Below are positions 25,746-37,766 of a stretch of 64,000 nucleotides of DNA, one piece after another. Source of the DNA: Octopus vulgaris (Eukaryota). Numbering within the stretch: the first letter of the stretch is position 1; the number at the start of each line of letters is the position of its first letter. The stretch spans positions 54,374,001 through 54,438,000 of the forward strand of contig OX597827.1 of the NCBI GenBank assembly GCA_951406725.2, in the 5' to 3' direction. The translations under genes were made by a program, and so were the position numbers. Under the pieces are notes generated by a model. The model made no database searches, was not told the DNA's origin, and saw only the letters and a list, made by a program, of their open reading frames with translations.

Positions 25746-26448
25746 TATGTGTGTTATATGTACTTATATTCATATATTTTTCTCTTTATTACTTTGGTGG
25801 GTAGCAAGCTGGCAGAATCATTAGTACACTGGATAAAATGCTTAGCAGCATTTCTTTTGGCTTTTTGTTTTGAGTTCAAATTTCACCAAAGTTGACTTTG
25901 GTTTTCATCCTCTCGATAAATTAAGTACCTTGGGGTTGATGCATTCAATTAACCCCACCACCACTAAATTTTGAGCCTTAAGAAGTAATTCTTTGATAGA
26001 CAATTCACCAGAATTAGCAACATTGATATCAGAATCATTGTGAATATTAGAAAATCACTTGTATTCCATGACAATCCCTACTGGGTGAAAATAGAAGGCA
26101 TTCCACTGTTTGACATATTCATAGTGTTGAGATTGCTGATCTCATTGAGTTAGTCATCTTTGATCCCCTAAAACAATGTATACACCTCCACAGACTTGTC
26201 TTTTATAGAGATGATGGTCCAGTTATCTCAAACCATATGAACAGCCTTGGTTTGAATAAATTCAGGAAGAATCTCCATAAAATTTGTCCTAACTATAACT
26301 GTTACCACGAACTTAAGTCAGCTTCCTAGATTTAACCCTGAGGCTGAGTCAGACTGTTATTAAATACATGTAATTCTAACCAAATGTGTTGAGTACTTGT
26401 TTCTTTCATTTGTATATGATATATTCCTTTTCCTTTTCCTTTTTATAG

Positions 26449-26626
26449 TGACAGCTATAATAGGCTGTGTAACAATTATGAGGATGACTGTGACAAAGCT
26501 GTTGACTTACTTTATCAACTGGAGGATAAAGTAAACCAGGAAATTCTTTATCTTATGGTCAATGTCTTTGCTGAAACTTCAGAACCATTAGAACGATTAG
26601 TTGATCCAATTTTATTTCCAGAAACA
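26449..26626 (+). CDS. alpha-catenin/vinculin-like gene, exon 8 (phase 2-0)
   Basis: ttcctttttatag acceptor, ACA|gtaagt donor, 178 nt: DSYNRLCNNYEDDCDKAVDLLYQLEDKVNQEILYLMVNVFAETSEPLERLVDPILFPET; FAETSEPL resembles alpha-catenin FLETNVPL. Confidence 0.9.
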
Positions 26627-26884
26627 GTAAGTGTGTTACTTTTTAACCATTTTTATTTTCATTTATAAAGATTAAAAAGTATCTGAAACTAGTGAAATTT
26701 GGCAGATAACTTTCAATGGCTAGAGCCATAGATTTCCGCAAGATGGTGAAGAAAGGTCAAGAAATTAAAAAATAGAAATGTTTGGTATTACAGAGCTATT
26801 TTGCATAAACAAATGTTTTGTCAGACATTAAGTTTGCTAAAGGTTGTGTGTAATAAAACTCTGGCTATCTATTTTTTATTCTTA

Positions 26885-27443
26885 TGTGCCCTTTTCAAGC
26901 CTAGCCAGGCTCATGGGCCCAGTTTCCCGGTTTCTATGGTGTATGTGTTCCTCCCAGCTGGATGGGATGCTAGTCCATTGCAGCATTACTCAAGAAACAG
27001 GAAGAAAGAGTGAGAGAAAGTTGGGGTGAAAGAGTACAACAGGGGTCGCCACCACCTATTGCTGGAGCCTCATGGAACTTTAAGTGTTTTCACTCAATAA
27101 ACACACACAACGCCTGGTCTGGGAATCGAAACCGTGGTCCTCTGACCGCAAGTCCACTGCCCTAACCACTGGGCCATTGCACTTCCACTAAATAAATGCA
27201 CCCTTTTAAAGCCTAGCCAGGCTCATGGGCCCAGTTTCCTGGTTTCAATGGCATATGTGTTCCCCAGCTGGACGGAATGCCAGTCCATCGCAACGTTACT
27301 CATTTTTGCCAGCTGTGTGGACTGGAACAACGTAAAATGAAGTGTTTTGCTCAAGAACACAATGCATCGCCCGGTCCAGGAATTGAAACCAAAATCTTAC
27401 TATCATGATGCTGACACCCTAACCAGTAAGCCACGTGCCTCCA
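26885..27443 (-). mobile_element. Two tandem tRNA-derived SINEs (family B variants sharing a 3' tail)
   Basis: both end in ...gaaaccgggaaactgggcccatgagcctggctaggc on minus; tRNA-like heads at ~27188 and ~27443. Confidence 0.8.
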
Positions 27444-27738
27444 CAGATATCTGTTTATACATTTTATATCAGAATTTGTGAACAATAGCATCATTGGTTA
27501 CATTTTTCTAATGGATCAATCACTGGTTCATGCATTTCTTATGACAAATGTGGTAAAAAAGTGTCTGTTACTCAGTGGATTCCATTCAAAGACCTGCTTT
27601 AGTTAATGTTTACATCCTTCACCAATGTTCAGCAGAAGATATAAACGTACATATACATACATGTGTGCACCCCCCACCATATATGTGTGTGTGCATACAT
27701 ATATATGCATGTATATATATATATATATATATATATAT

Positions 27739-28546
27739 GTGAGAAAGTGCCAATCCCTAGCAGTTGAGGGAACCCGTGGAAGAGGTAGACCCAGGAAAAC
27801 CTGGGACGAGGTGGTGAAGCACGACCTTCGGACGTTAGGTCTCACCATGGAAATGACTAGAGACCGAGACCTATGGAAGTATGCTGTGCGTGAGAAGACC
27901 CGGCAAGACTAGTGAAGCCATAATCCGTGGCCCCTACCTGGGACGTAGTCAGTCCACCTGTGCATACCTTTCCTTCTTGTGACACTTGTGAAGACCTGTT
28001 GAGGCAAGTGAGAATCGAATCGAATCAAATCAAATCAAATCGAACCAAATCAAAATAGATGAACATCAATGGAATTTGTATCATTGCGGTACCAGTGCCG
28101 ATGGCACATAAGAAAACCATCCGAACGTGACCGTAGCCAGTACCTGCAACGACTGGCCTCCGTGCTGAGGGCACGTAACAAACACCATCCGAGCGTGGCC
28201 GTCCGCCAGCCTCATCTGGCACCTGTGTCGGTGACACATAAGAAAACACCATCCGAGCGTGGCCGTCAGCCAGCCTCGTCTGGCACCTGTGTCGGTGGCA
28301 CATAAAAAACACCATCCGAGCGTGGCCGTCTGCCAGCCTCGTCTGGCACCTGTGTCGGTGGCACATAAAATCACCCACTACACTCTCGGAGTGGTTGGCG
28401 TTAGGAAGGGCATCCAGCTGTAGAAACACTGCCATATCTGACTGGCCTGGTGCAGCCTTCGGGCTCGCCAGACCCCAGTTGAACCGTCCAACCCATGCTA
28501 GCATGGAAAGCGGACGTTAAACGATGATGATGATGATGATGATGAT
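27739..28546 (+). mobile_element. Young 5'-truncated RTE LINE: ORF end, 3'UTR with VNTR, (GAT)n tail
   Basis: VRKCQSLAVEGTRGRGRPRKTWDEVVKHDLRTLGLT...DRDLWKYAVREKTRQD* (stop 27910-27912), then (GAATC/AAATC)n, ~59-bp tandem units, conserved terminal module, (GAT)n. Confidence 0.85.
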
Positions 28547-29034
28547 ATATATATATATATGTATGTATGTATGTATATATATATGTGTGTGTGTGTGTGT
28601 CATCATCATCATATGACATCTGCCTTCCATGTATATATATATATGTGTGTGTGCACACACACATAAATAGTAAGGGTGGCTTATTTGCAATTTACAACTG
28701 AAAGGCAGAAATAAAGACATCACTAAAGTGACTATAAATGGCAGTGCCCCAGCATGGCCACAGCTCATAAGCTGAAACTAGAATCAATCAATCAAGAGCA
28801 CTAGTCAGCACCAGTATTGCTAGAAATAAGAGTCAAGACAACTCAGAGCTACAGAAAGCATGTGTAGTTATTTTACCAAATATATACGTTTTATTTATTA
28901 TTTTGCACATTACTTAATCATTGGTATATGTTTTTATCTTATATTTCATTTTTTCTATAGGATGTAATTTTTTTCTATATGGTATAATTTAATTTTTTCA
29001 TTGTTGTATTAATAAAAGGGTTTTTTTTTTCTAA

Positions 29035-29095
<61 letters not shown>

Positions 29096-29191
29096 AATAT
29101 AGGATAAAAATTTTTGAAAATAATTTTAGAAAAAATTTTATCAATGGCCAGCATATTAAAAAAATACCTTTAAAGGTTAAATTTTATAAAC

Positions 29192-29331
29192 AACTTATAA
29201 ACAAGGGCAAAAGAAAAAATTCTAATGCCAAATATGCCGAAATATAGACTTATTCGTCATATAGACGAATAAGTCTATGTTTCGGCATATTTGGCATTAG
29301 AATTTTTTCTTTTTGCCCTTGTTTATAAGTT
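29192..29331. repeat. Near-perfect ~67-bp-arm inverted repeat between (TA)n tracts
   Basis: aacttataaacaagggc...ttattcgtc-atata-gacgaataa...gcccttgtttataagtt. Confidence 0.95.
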
Positions 29332-29938
29332 ATATATATATATATATATATATAATGTCCATCCGTCCATCCATCTAACTATCTATCTATCTATCTATCT
29401 ATCTAGCTATCTATCTATCTGCGTGCTGCCAATATTCTTCTAAAACACGTAAATATTTTACCAAATCATTTCTCTTTTGTAAATGTGAGGCTTTGAGTAT
29501 TTGGGGGAAAAAATCGCTATGTATGTCATCATCATCATCATCTTTTCACACCCGTTTTCCTTGCTGGCATGGGGTGGGTTCCACTGGAACTGACAAGTCT
29601 GAATACTGCATCAATTCCTGCTGTCTGCTTTGGCAAAGTTTCTACAGCTGGATGCCCTTCATAATGCCAACTATTTTCCTGGGTGTACTGGGTGCTTTTT
29701 ATGTATCACCAGCAGCACCAAAGCCATCAAGTAACTGCAGGACAAAACCCTGCAACTGAGGTGAGGTGGGTTGTATTGAGGAACAGAAAAAGGAGTCTTA
29801 CATTATTGAGGATGTGGGTTTGGATATATTTGCCTTTGACCACATGCTATCCTGTCAATTATAAAAGTATACAATTAATCCTGGGCTGTAATCAAATCAC
29901 TGAAGGAACTTTGGGGGTAACAATATTAAAAATATGGT

Positions 29939-30155
29939 TTAACCCTTTCGTTACCAACCTGGCTGAAACCGGCTCTGGTTCTGAGTACAAATGTCTTGTT
30001 TTCATAAGTTTTAAATTAAAACCTTCCACCAAACCTTAGTCACAATTTATGTTCTTAACACTAGCTGAAAGATAACTAAGTTTTTTTTACTAAATTCTTT
30101 GTTATATTTAAGGTAATTGAAAGAAACACAGAGCATCTCAAAATAAATACAGTAA
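29939..30155. mobile_element. piggyBac-like MITE, second family (related copy ~54510-55167), interrupted by an RTE module
   Basis: TTAA-CCCTTTCGTTACC left end; shared ggttctg.gtacaaa...aatttatgttc...agttattttact body. Confidence 0.55.
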
Positions 30156-30505
30156 CATCATCATCATCATCCTCATCATCGTTTAATGTCCGTTTTCCAT
30201 GCTGGCATGGGTTGGACGGTTCAACTGGGGTCTGGGAAGCCAGAAGGCTGCGCCAGGCCCAGCCTGATCTGGCAGTGTTTCTACAGCTTGATGCCCTTCC
30301 TAATGCCAACCACTCCGTGAGTGTAGTGGGTGCTTTTTATGTGCCACCTGCACAGGTGCCAGACGAGGCTGGCAAATGGCCACGCTTGGATGGTGCTTTT
30401 TACGTGCCACTGGCATGGGGCCAGACGAGGCTGGCAACGGCCACAATCGGATGGTGCATTTTACATGCCACTGGCACGGAGGCCAGTTGGGGCGGCGCTG
30501 GCAAT
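30156..30505 (-). mobile_element. RTE-associated 3' module with tandem units
   Basis: same family as 8706-9090, 35079-35350, 40735-41057. Confidence 0.8.
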
Positions 30506-30611
30506 GGGTTAATAGGAGAATTGACTTTTTATTCATTTCTGTTATTTATAGCTGTATGTATCATGTTATTAAGATTTTTGTTGAATAAATGTTTTCTTTG
30601 GTATTATCCAG

Positions 30612-30726
30612 CAGAGTGATTGCTGTCAAGAAAGGCTGAAATCTTTACAAGATTACTTTTACGATCATTTAGACAATATGTACGAAGTTGCACGTTTTAT
30701 CATTGCTGGCTCCAGAAGATCAAAGT
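30612..30726 (+). CDS. alpha-catenin/vinculin-like gene, exon 9 (phase 0-1)
   Basis: ttatccag(cag) tandem acceptor, T|gtaagt donor, 115 nt: QSDCCQERLKSLQDYFYDHLDNMYEVARFIIAGSRRSK; resembles FREHANKLIEVANL of the M2 bundle. Confidence 0.85.
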
Positions 30727-31807
30727 GTAAGTGACTAAATATTCTTTGAGCTCTAGAAAATGGCAACAATAATTAGTGCTGAACATAAATATCATGAGCA
30801 TCATGATAGAACAGGCTCTTATCAAACTGAATCAACAAACCTTTTTTGTAATATATGTGTTTCTACAGTTTCTCACTTCCCTCATCTACATTGTGTGTGT
30901 GTGTGTGTGTATGTATTCTTCTCTTTCTGTTTTTAATTTAATGTAAATTTTGACTGGCCACCTGTTTGGTAGCAAAGCTGTGAAGGAAAGTATCTTGTTT
31001 TAACTGTCATCCTTCATATGTATATGTATAAAGTCACTGAATGGATACTTTGTGACATCATAGTCAGTTAATGATAGACATTACTAAATAGTGTATGACA
31101 ACACCCTAGAAGCTCAAGTATCACTGTTTTCTTATTTCAGTAGAGGCTAAATTTGTTTATGTGGGCAGTTGTTTGTGGATACCTGCTACTGATGATGCAC
31201 AAGGAAGCAGAAATCTTGATTTAGCCATTCCACCACTGCTGCTGGGTACTTTTTGTCATCTACTGATATTCTTCTATGCATTTTAGTGCTCTCTGTGTAT
31301 ATGAGATGCTTTCTCAAGACAAACACCACAGTTTTGTGGCGTGCTTTCTATAGTATATCCTGAACTAACACTGCTTCCATAATAATGAATTGTTTTGCTT
31401 ACTTATGAAATTGTAACTTATTGCATTTGTATGTTTATCTCTTGAGGGGAAGTGAAGAGTCACAGATGACTAAGTCATAAAGTACTGTTATAATGAATTA
31501 AGGGCCAGTGATTTATATCTCATCATCAACACTATGTTGTGTCCCTGGAAAATCTCAATATAGCATCATGTCTGCTTATCCAGAAAGTTAATACTCCAAC
31601 AAATTGGCTCATTATATCTCTCTGCAACTAAGTAAGAATTCTTTATCTATAAATATTAATAAGATGTAAAATTCCTGGTTCATAATTTGAGTTGTAAAGA
31701 CAAAATGACTAAGTAGATATTTTTAAAATAATGCCAAACCGCTAAATTATGGAGATGTAAACACACCAGCATCGGTTGTCAAGTGATGTTGGGGAGGGGG
31801 GGAACAA

Positions 31808-31840
<33 letters not shown>

Positions 31841-32121
31841 CATATATACGGCGGGCTTCTTTCAGTTTCTGTCTACCAAATCCACTCACAAGGCTTTGGT
31901 CGGCCCGAGGCTATAGTAGAAGACACTTGCCCAAGGTGCCACACAGTGGGACTGAACCCGGAACCATGTGGTTGGTAAGCAAGCTACTTACCACACATAA
32001 AAAAAATTTTTTGATTTGTAACTACATCAGTATTGAGAGAGAGAGAGAGATTTAGTGTGTTTTGTAGGTAAAAAAATATGAGAAAATGTAATTAACAGAA
32101 CAATATTTATTTACTCTCTAG

Positions 32122-32352
32122 TTGTCCAGCAGTTTGAAATGACAATCAAAAACTTGGAATGCCTTGATCCAGAAATCTCTTCGTTGGTTAGTCTACATAT
32201 TCAAAAAATTTCAGCTAATCCATTCGATTCTTTGTCTGAATCCATGACCACAAGACTAAAAAGTCTTATAAAAGAATGGAAGAAGTTGTTGGCTCATCTT
32301 GTATTTTTACTAGACACAATGGTGGATCCTGACATTTTCATCACAATGTCTT
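32122..32352 (+). CDS. alpha-catenin/vinculin-like gene, exon 10 (phase 1-1)
   Basis: ttactctctag acceptor, T|gtaagt donor, 231 nt: VQQFEMTIKNLECLDPEISSLV...LIKEWKKLLAHLVFLLDTMVDPDIFITMS; resembles QLEALCPQV...WEKQVRVL...DDFLAVS. Confidence 0.9.
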
Positions 32353-32404
32353 GTAAGTTTAATAGATGTTTTTTTTTTCTTTCAATGAAACATGCTAAAG
32401 TAAT

Positions 32405-32622
32405 TTCGTTTTTGAATTTGGTTTGCAAGGTTCTTTATATGAGTTCATGTGTTGAAGCATATTCCATTGTGTCTGGGGAGAGTCAAGACTATTGAAAAGG
32501 TTGCAAGACGCAATGAAAATTTTAGGAAAATAAAAATAAGAAATAAGTGGAAAATTTACCGGTGAGTGTGTTACATTATAAGGCACAAAAAAGAATATGT
32601 CGCTCCCCAGACACAACAGAAA
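32405..32622 (+). mobile_element. Short Penelope-like retroelement with hammerhead-like motif and 13-bp TSD
   Basis: atgctaaagtaat duplicated at 32392-32404 and 32623-32635; internal inverted repeat ttgtgtctggggag / ctccccagacacaa; hammerhead-like core 32489-32525; deleted sibling at ~32825-32935 flanked by atcctt(t)tattgat. Confidence 0.7.
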
Positions 32623-33394
32623 ATGCTAAAGTAATTGTTAAAAGATTTTGCAAACACTGTTATATAAAGAAGTATAGTTTTAAATATGTCTTCTCCATGC
32701 AAGCGTGGAAAAAATGCATTAAATAGATGTGTGTGTGTGTGTGTGTTCAAAGCAGTTAATTCTTTCAGCCACTAAGTTTTCTACTTGTTTACTACATTAA
32801 TTTAGAACATCCTTTTATTGATATTTCGTTTTTGGATTTGGAAAATAAAAATAAGAAATAAGTGGAAATTTTACTGGTGAATGTGTTACGTTATAAGGCA
32901 CAAAAAGAAAATGACTCTCCCCAGACACAACAGAATATCCTTTATTGATGTTTAATAAAATATTAAAAAAACATCATGCAAGGAAGATAACTTCAATAAA
33001 AATCAACCAGTTGAAATTTTTGTAAAATATATAGTGTCTGATGCAGATGAGAGTGTGTGTATGCGTGTGTTTGTATATGTACCAGGTGTAAGATGTTTAG
33101 GTTGTAGATCATGTGCAGAAGGCTAAGATGGATGAAGTGCAGGGCCATCTTTACATCTTTGTGTGTTGTTAGTAATGATTATGATGGTGTGAGGGGCACT
33201 ACAGAATCTCGGGGTAAACCATAGCCTAAGGATTAGGGATGAGTAGAAAGGCCTGTTGGCATACACTGCAATAGTGTGACCTTCCAATGTTGGAGTTTTT
33301 AATCCAAGAAATGAGAGCTTTACATTGACCAATAGGTAAGCAACTAATATAGAAGATTATTATGCCAGCTAAAGGCTTTGTTAATATAAAAATA

Positions 33395-34900
33395 ATATTA
33401 ATGAAATTATTGTATACAGTGCTCAGGTGCACTACAACTTGTCAAAAGTGTGTATAAAGCATATGCAGTAATGTACAAATGTCTGGAAAGTGAACAGTGT
33501 ATGAGTCAGATACATGCTTGCGTGTGTATAGAGGGGAGAAAATCAGGTGTAGTGTTGGCGAATCTCAGGAAGCATGGAAGTTTTGAAGGATCCAGTACTC
33601 CGACAACTAACAACTGATGCCGGCAGTCTGTTCCATGCTTCAACAACTCTTAGCGTGAAAAAATGTTTCCAAAAGTCATGGGAGCTGTGCTGTTTTCTGA
33701 CTTTGTAAACATGTCCACGGGTGTTAGACAGGTGGAGTTTGAAAAGGTGTATGAACAACAATATTGCTTTTGACAACATTCTCCATGGTGAGGTGACGAA
33801 AGATCTGATTGTATAGAAAACTTATTGGTTAGTGGTTGAGATGTGATGGCGGAGGTAATTGCTTTTCACTGTTTCTATTACTTTTGAGCTATGGGAAGGA
33901 TAAATATGCAGTTTGTTGAGTCAGGGGGAGCACTTTTCTGAGACGATGGGACACTCTGTAGGGCAAATTCCTGTCGACAGAATGATTAAAGAATTTGGTA
34001 AGTATAAGAGCTAGTTCTGGAATAGAAAAGATGCCATCAGGACTAATTGCTGTGGTGGGTTGGATGGGTTGATTTAGAGTTCACAATTATTAAACTTGTG
34101 TATAAGATGGTGAGGTTGTAGTGTGGAAAAGAAGAGTTTCTGAAGGTTTTTGATGAATGCTTGCAGTGTAGAGATGGAAACAAATTGGTATTAAATACAG
34201 AAGCATTTTCAGTGTGATTGCTACTTACTATATTAATGAAATAATGACAGTTTAGGAGGATTTTAAAAAGTTTGTAGAGCTTCTCTTGGCAAAGGATCAG
34301 AAAGCTCTGCTTCAATATGGGCAGCTGGAGAGAGAACTTGTAGATTATGTGATGCCAGAAGACATCCTTGCTTGCAAGTATTGTGCTGGTACTGGAAAAG
34401 CGAATGCCAGTTGATGGTAGTGATATCTGGTCTTTTCTAGGTGTTGTAGGTAATGTTTTTCACTTGAATTTTGATCAAATGACTTGATAATTTGAAGTGT
34501 GTGAAGGGAGATAACCTAGAAAGTTGGTCTTGCATGGATGAAGTCGAAGTACATTTGCTGCCAGAGCTAGTTTGTATAGAATTTTGGAGAGCCCCAACTA
34601 GCTAATTGGTCTGAAGGAAGTCTCAGAGGATTCGGTGGGGTAGGGTTGCAGCAGTAAGATATGAGGTGCGTTAACTTGATTAGGCAGGCATCAGATGATC
34701 CAGTTAGCACAGAGTTGGTCATGGATGGTTAAAGTTGATGGTTAAATTTTGAGGCAAGTAAGAAGTCAGATGTGTTCAGAGTGGTTGTGTGTCAGTCTAA
34801 AGTAAGAACAAATGAGAGAACACACTACTGAAGAAGATTCATAATGGTAAAAGATTTAGATTCTGTATCAGTAATGAGCAGGGTAAGGAGTTTGAGAGTC
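33395..34900 (-). mobile_element. CR1-like LINE remnant (3' end plus decayed upstream region)
   Basis: TRGHVYKVRKQHSSHDFWKHFFTLRVVEAWNRLPASVV is the typical CR1 C-terminus; near-identical 3' end at 62320-62760; extent of upstream part approximate. Confidence 0.75.
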
Positions 34901-35039
34901 ATGAGAAGTTGTGTATATTGTGGTTGGTGATATCTAGGTGAGAGAAATGAGTAGCAGGAAGAGTGGTTATTAAATATTCACAGACAATTTCAAAGCAAAA
35001 CTGGAACCTAGTGTTAATACAGGAGTGGCTTACTTGATC

Positions 35040-35081
<42 letters not shown>

Positions 35082-35397
35082 TCATCATCATCATCATCAT
35101 CATCGTTTAACGTCTGCTTTCCATGCTAGCATGGGTTGGACAGTTCAACTGGGGTCTGGGAAGCCAGAGGGCTGCACCAGGCCCAGTCTGATCTGGCAGT
35201 GTTTCTATGGCTGGATGCCCTTCCTAATGCCAACCACTCCGTGAGTGTAGTGGGTGCTTTTTACATGCCCACCGGCACAGGTGCCAGACAAGGTTGGCAA
35301 ACGGCCATGATTGGATGGTGCTTTTTACGTGCCACCGGCACGGAGGCCAATGATGATGATGACGATGACAATGATATATATATATATATATATATAC

Positions 35398-35850
35398 TCA
35401 AAATAAGCAACAGGATATCCAGAGGTGATGCAGTATGACCATTTCAAGCGGTTCCATTTTTATTGAACAATGCAATCATTACATCAATTTAAATGCAGGG
35501 CTATCCTCAGCTGCATAACTAAATAAATAGAATTTTTTTAATCAGTTGAACACATTTGTATAATTTTACTTATTTACCTTATTTTGAAGTTGTACGGATA
35601 ATACCGCACTAATTTTTGGTGCTTCAACTTAGGTACCTAATTCATCTGAATCTCAGTTATGTTGCTATATATCTATATATATATATGTATATATTTATTG
35701 AAGTATACAATGTCATATATCCATTGCGGCTGATCTGACCAATTAGTTTTGCACTAGGGGTTCAACAGGGTGTTACATAAAAGCCCTCTTATATAACCCT
35801 GTCCTCTTCAGAGCCCCGAGAGCAAAACTGATTGGTATGATTGACTTAGA
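35398..35850. mobile_element. Two (TA)n-flanked Penelope-like remnants with hammerhead-like motifs, the second an imperfect fold-back
   Basis: 35428-35516 minus: ATGCAG-CTGAGGA-TAGC...GCTT-GAAATGGTC-ata-CTGCAT; 35737-35836: accaattagttttgc...cagggtgtta / taaccctg...gcaaaactgattggt. Confidence 0.5.
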
Positions 35851-35949
35851 GTTTCTTAGACATCTTGTGTGTGCGTGTGTGTGTGTGTGTGTAATACTCA
35901 TGAATACATAATATGTATATACATGTGTTATTTTTGTTTATTTTCACAG

Positions 35950-36147
35950 TAAAACGATTAGAGGATGAAATGAATGTGTGTGTTGATGCTGCTAACAAAG
36001 GTGATCTGCAGTATTTACTAAGAACAAGTCGTTCTATCCGCGCAAAGTGTTCCCGAGTGGCTCAGTTCCTGACTAATCTGAAATCTTCTGGAAACATCTT
36101 CCCAAGTCCATTAAATGTTATCCACCTTATTGATCAGATTCATCAGT
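35950..36147 (+). CDS. alpha-catenin/vinculin-like gene, exon 11 (phase 1-1)
   Basis: tttttcacag acceptor, T|gtaagt donor, 198 nt: KRLEDEMNVCVDAANKGDLQYLLRTSRSIRAKCSRVAQFL...; strong resemblance to alpha-catenin M3 ILEDVNKCVIAL...LDRTAGAIRGRAARV. Confidence 0.9.
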
Positions 36148-37202
36148 GTAAGTAACTTTGTTGCAACATGGTCTCTGTACTATGTACCAGTAACCATTTT
36201 ATGTGCACTTCTAACACCAATCCTCTATCTCTCCTCCATCCAACATGTTGACCCTGCTGCCTCTGTTCTGACAGATTTGTTAGATTTCTTTAAATTCCTT
36301 GAGTATTTGAGATATGAGACTTCAGAAACTACTGATATAAGGAAATCCACACTTAATATTTATAATGTGGAACTCTAAAAATTTTTGTTAATTATCAAAT
36401 AAAATATATTTATTTTAAATTTAATTTATTTTTATTGTTTATAAAATCAATCTTATTGAAAAAAAAATAATCAAAAAATGAAATGTGATAGAAATAGGGA
36501 CACATAAGTACATAATAACAGAAATTTTCTCAGATACTGGGGTCTGTTGTACATAGGACAGATACATTCAAATATGTGTAGCAAACGTTTTATTTATCTT
36601 ATTTATAAGTATTTTAGTTTACTTTAAGTCAGATATTTCTTCCAATTATGTAAAAGAATGGATGGAGTACACTTAAAATCAACAATTCTGTTGTGTTATT
36701 TTTGTTAAAACCCATAATATTGTCAACATACTGTTGTAAAACTTCATCTTCCTGTAGAAAAGTGGTTTCTTGAGATCTTCTCTGTGGCCACATGAAAATT
36801 TAGGCTCAGCAACTGAAAGCTGAACAAATATCTGAAATTTATGGCACTGTTAACTTCTGTTCACAACAAGGAGTTGTACTTAACCAATCTGTAGCCCATT
36901 GCAAGTTAAATGTCTTTTTCTTGTATAATACATTGTATTGGTATGAGAAACCGTGTATGACCCCTTAGCTAATAGGCTTGCTCAAGGAGTGAAGTTATTA
37001 TAAAAAGAAGATTGTCATTGCCAAATTAGAAATTTTAAACCTTGTCTAATTTGGTTTCTCTCACATATAAGTCAAATTGTTGTCTTTCATTTTTGATGGA
37101 ATGAATTAGAATATGATATTAATTGAACTAATGTTAATGTTAGGAATGTATTTTTAAAAATGTTTGTATCCACTTTTGAGTAGCTATGAAAGTTGGAAAG
37201 TT

Positions 37203-37427
<225 letters not shown>

Positions 37428-37766
37428 ATTAAAAGCTTCAAGGAAGCAATAAGGTGATGAACAAGCACTCAGCTCTGAGTGCATTGTATCTTAAAGAAGT
37501 AACAGTTGTAAGCTAATGAAGATGATTATGTAATTCCTGTTCTCTTGTCTATTATTTAATTTCTGATTTAATTCCACATATGCTTGCATGCATGCATGCA
37601 TTCATGTATGTATGTATGTATGTATGTATGTATGTATGTATGTATGTATGCATGCATGCATGCATGCATGTATGTATGTCTGCAATATTTGTTGAAATGT
37701 TGTATATTTGCCACCTCATTGCCTTCCAAATGTTAGAATTATTTTCTTTTTCTTTATGTATTCCAG

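Noticed and set aside
28100-28370. Regularly spaced direct repeats superficially like a CRISPR array
   Set aside because: Units are contiguous tandem copies without unique spacers, sit inside a retroelement 3'UTR, and there are no cas genes in this eukaryotic context.
37580-37766. 5' part of the 274-aa ORF in the track
   Set aside because: (TATG)n microsatellite and polypyrimidine tract of the intron; coding starts at the 37767 acceptor.
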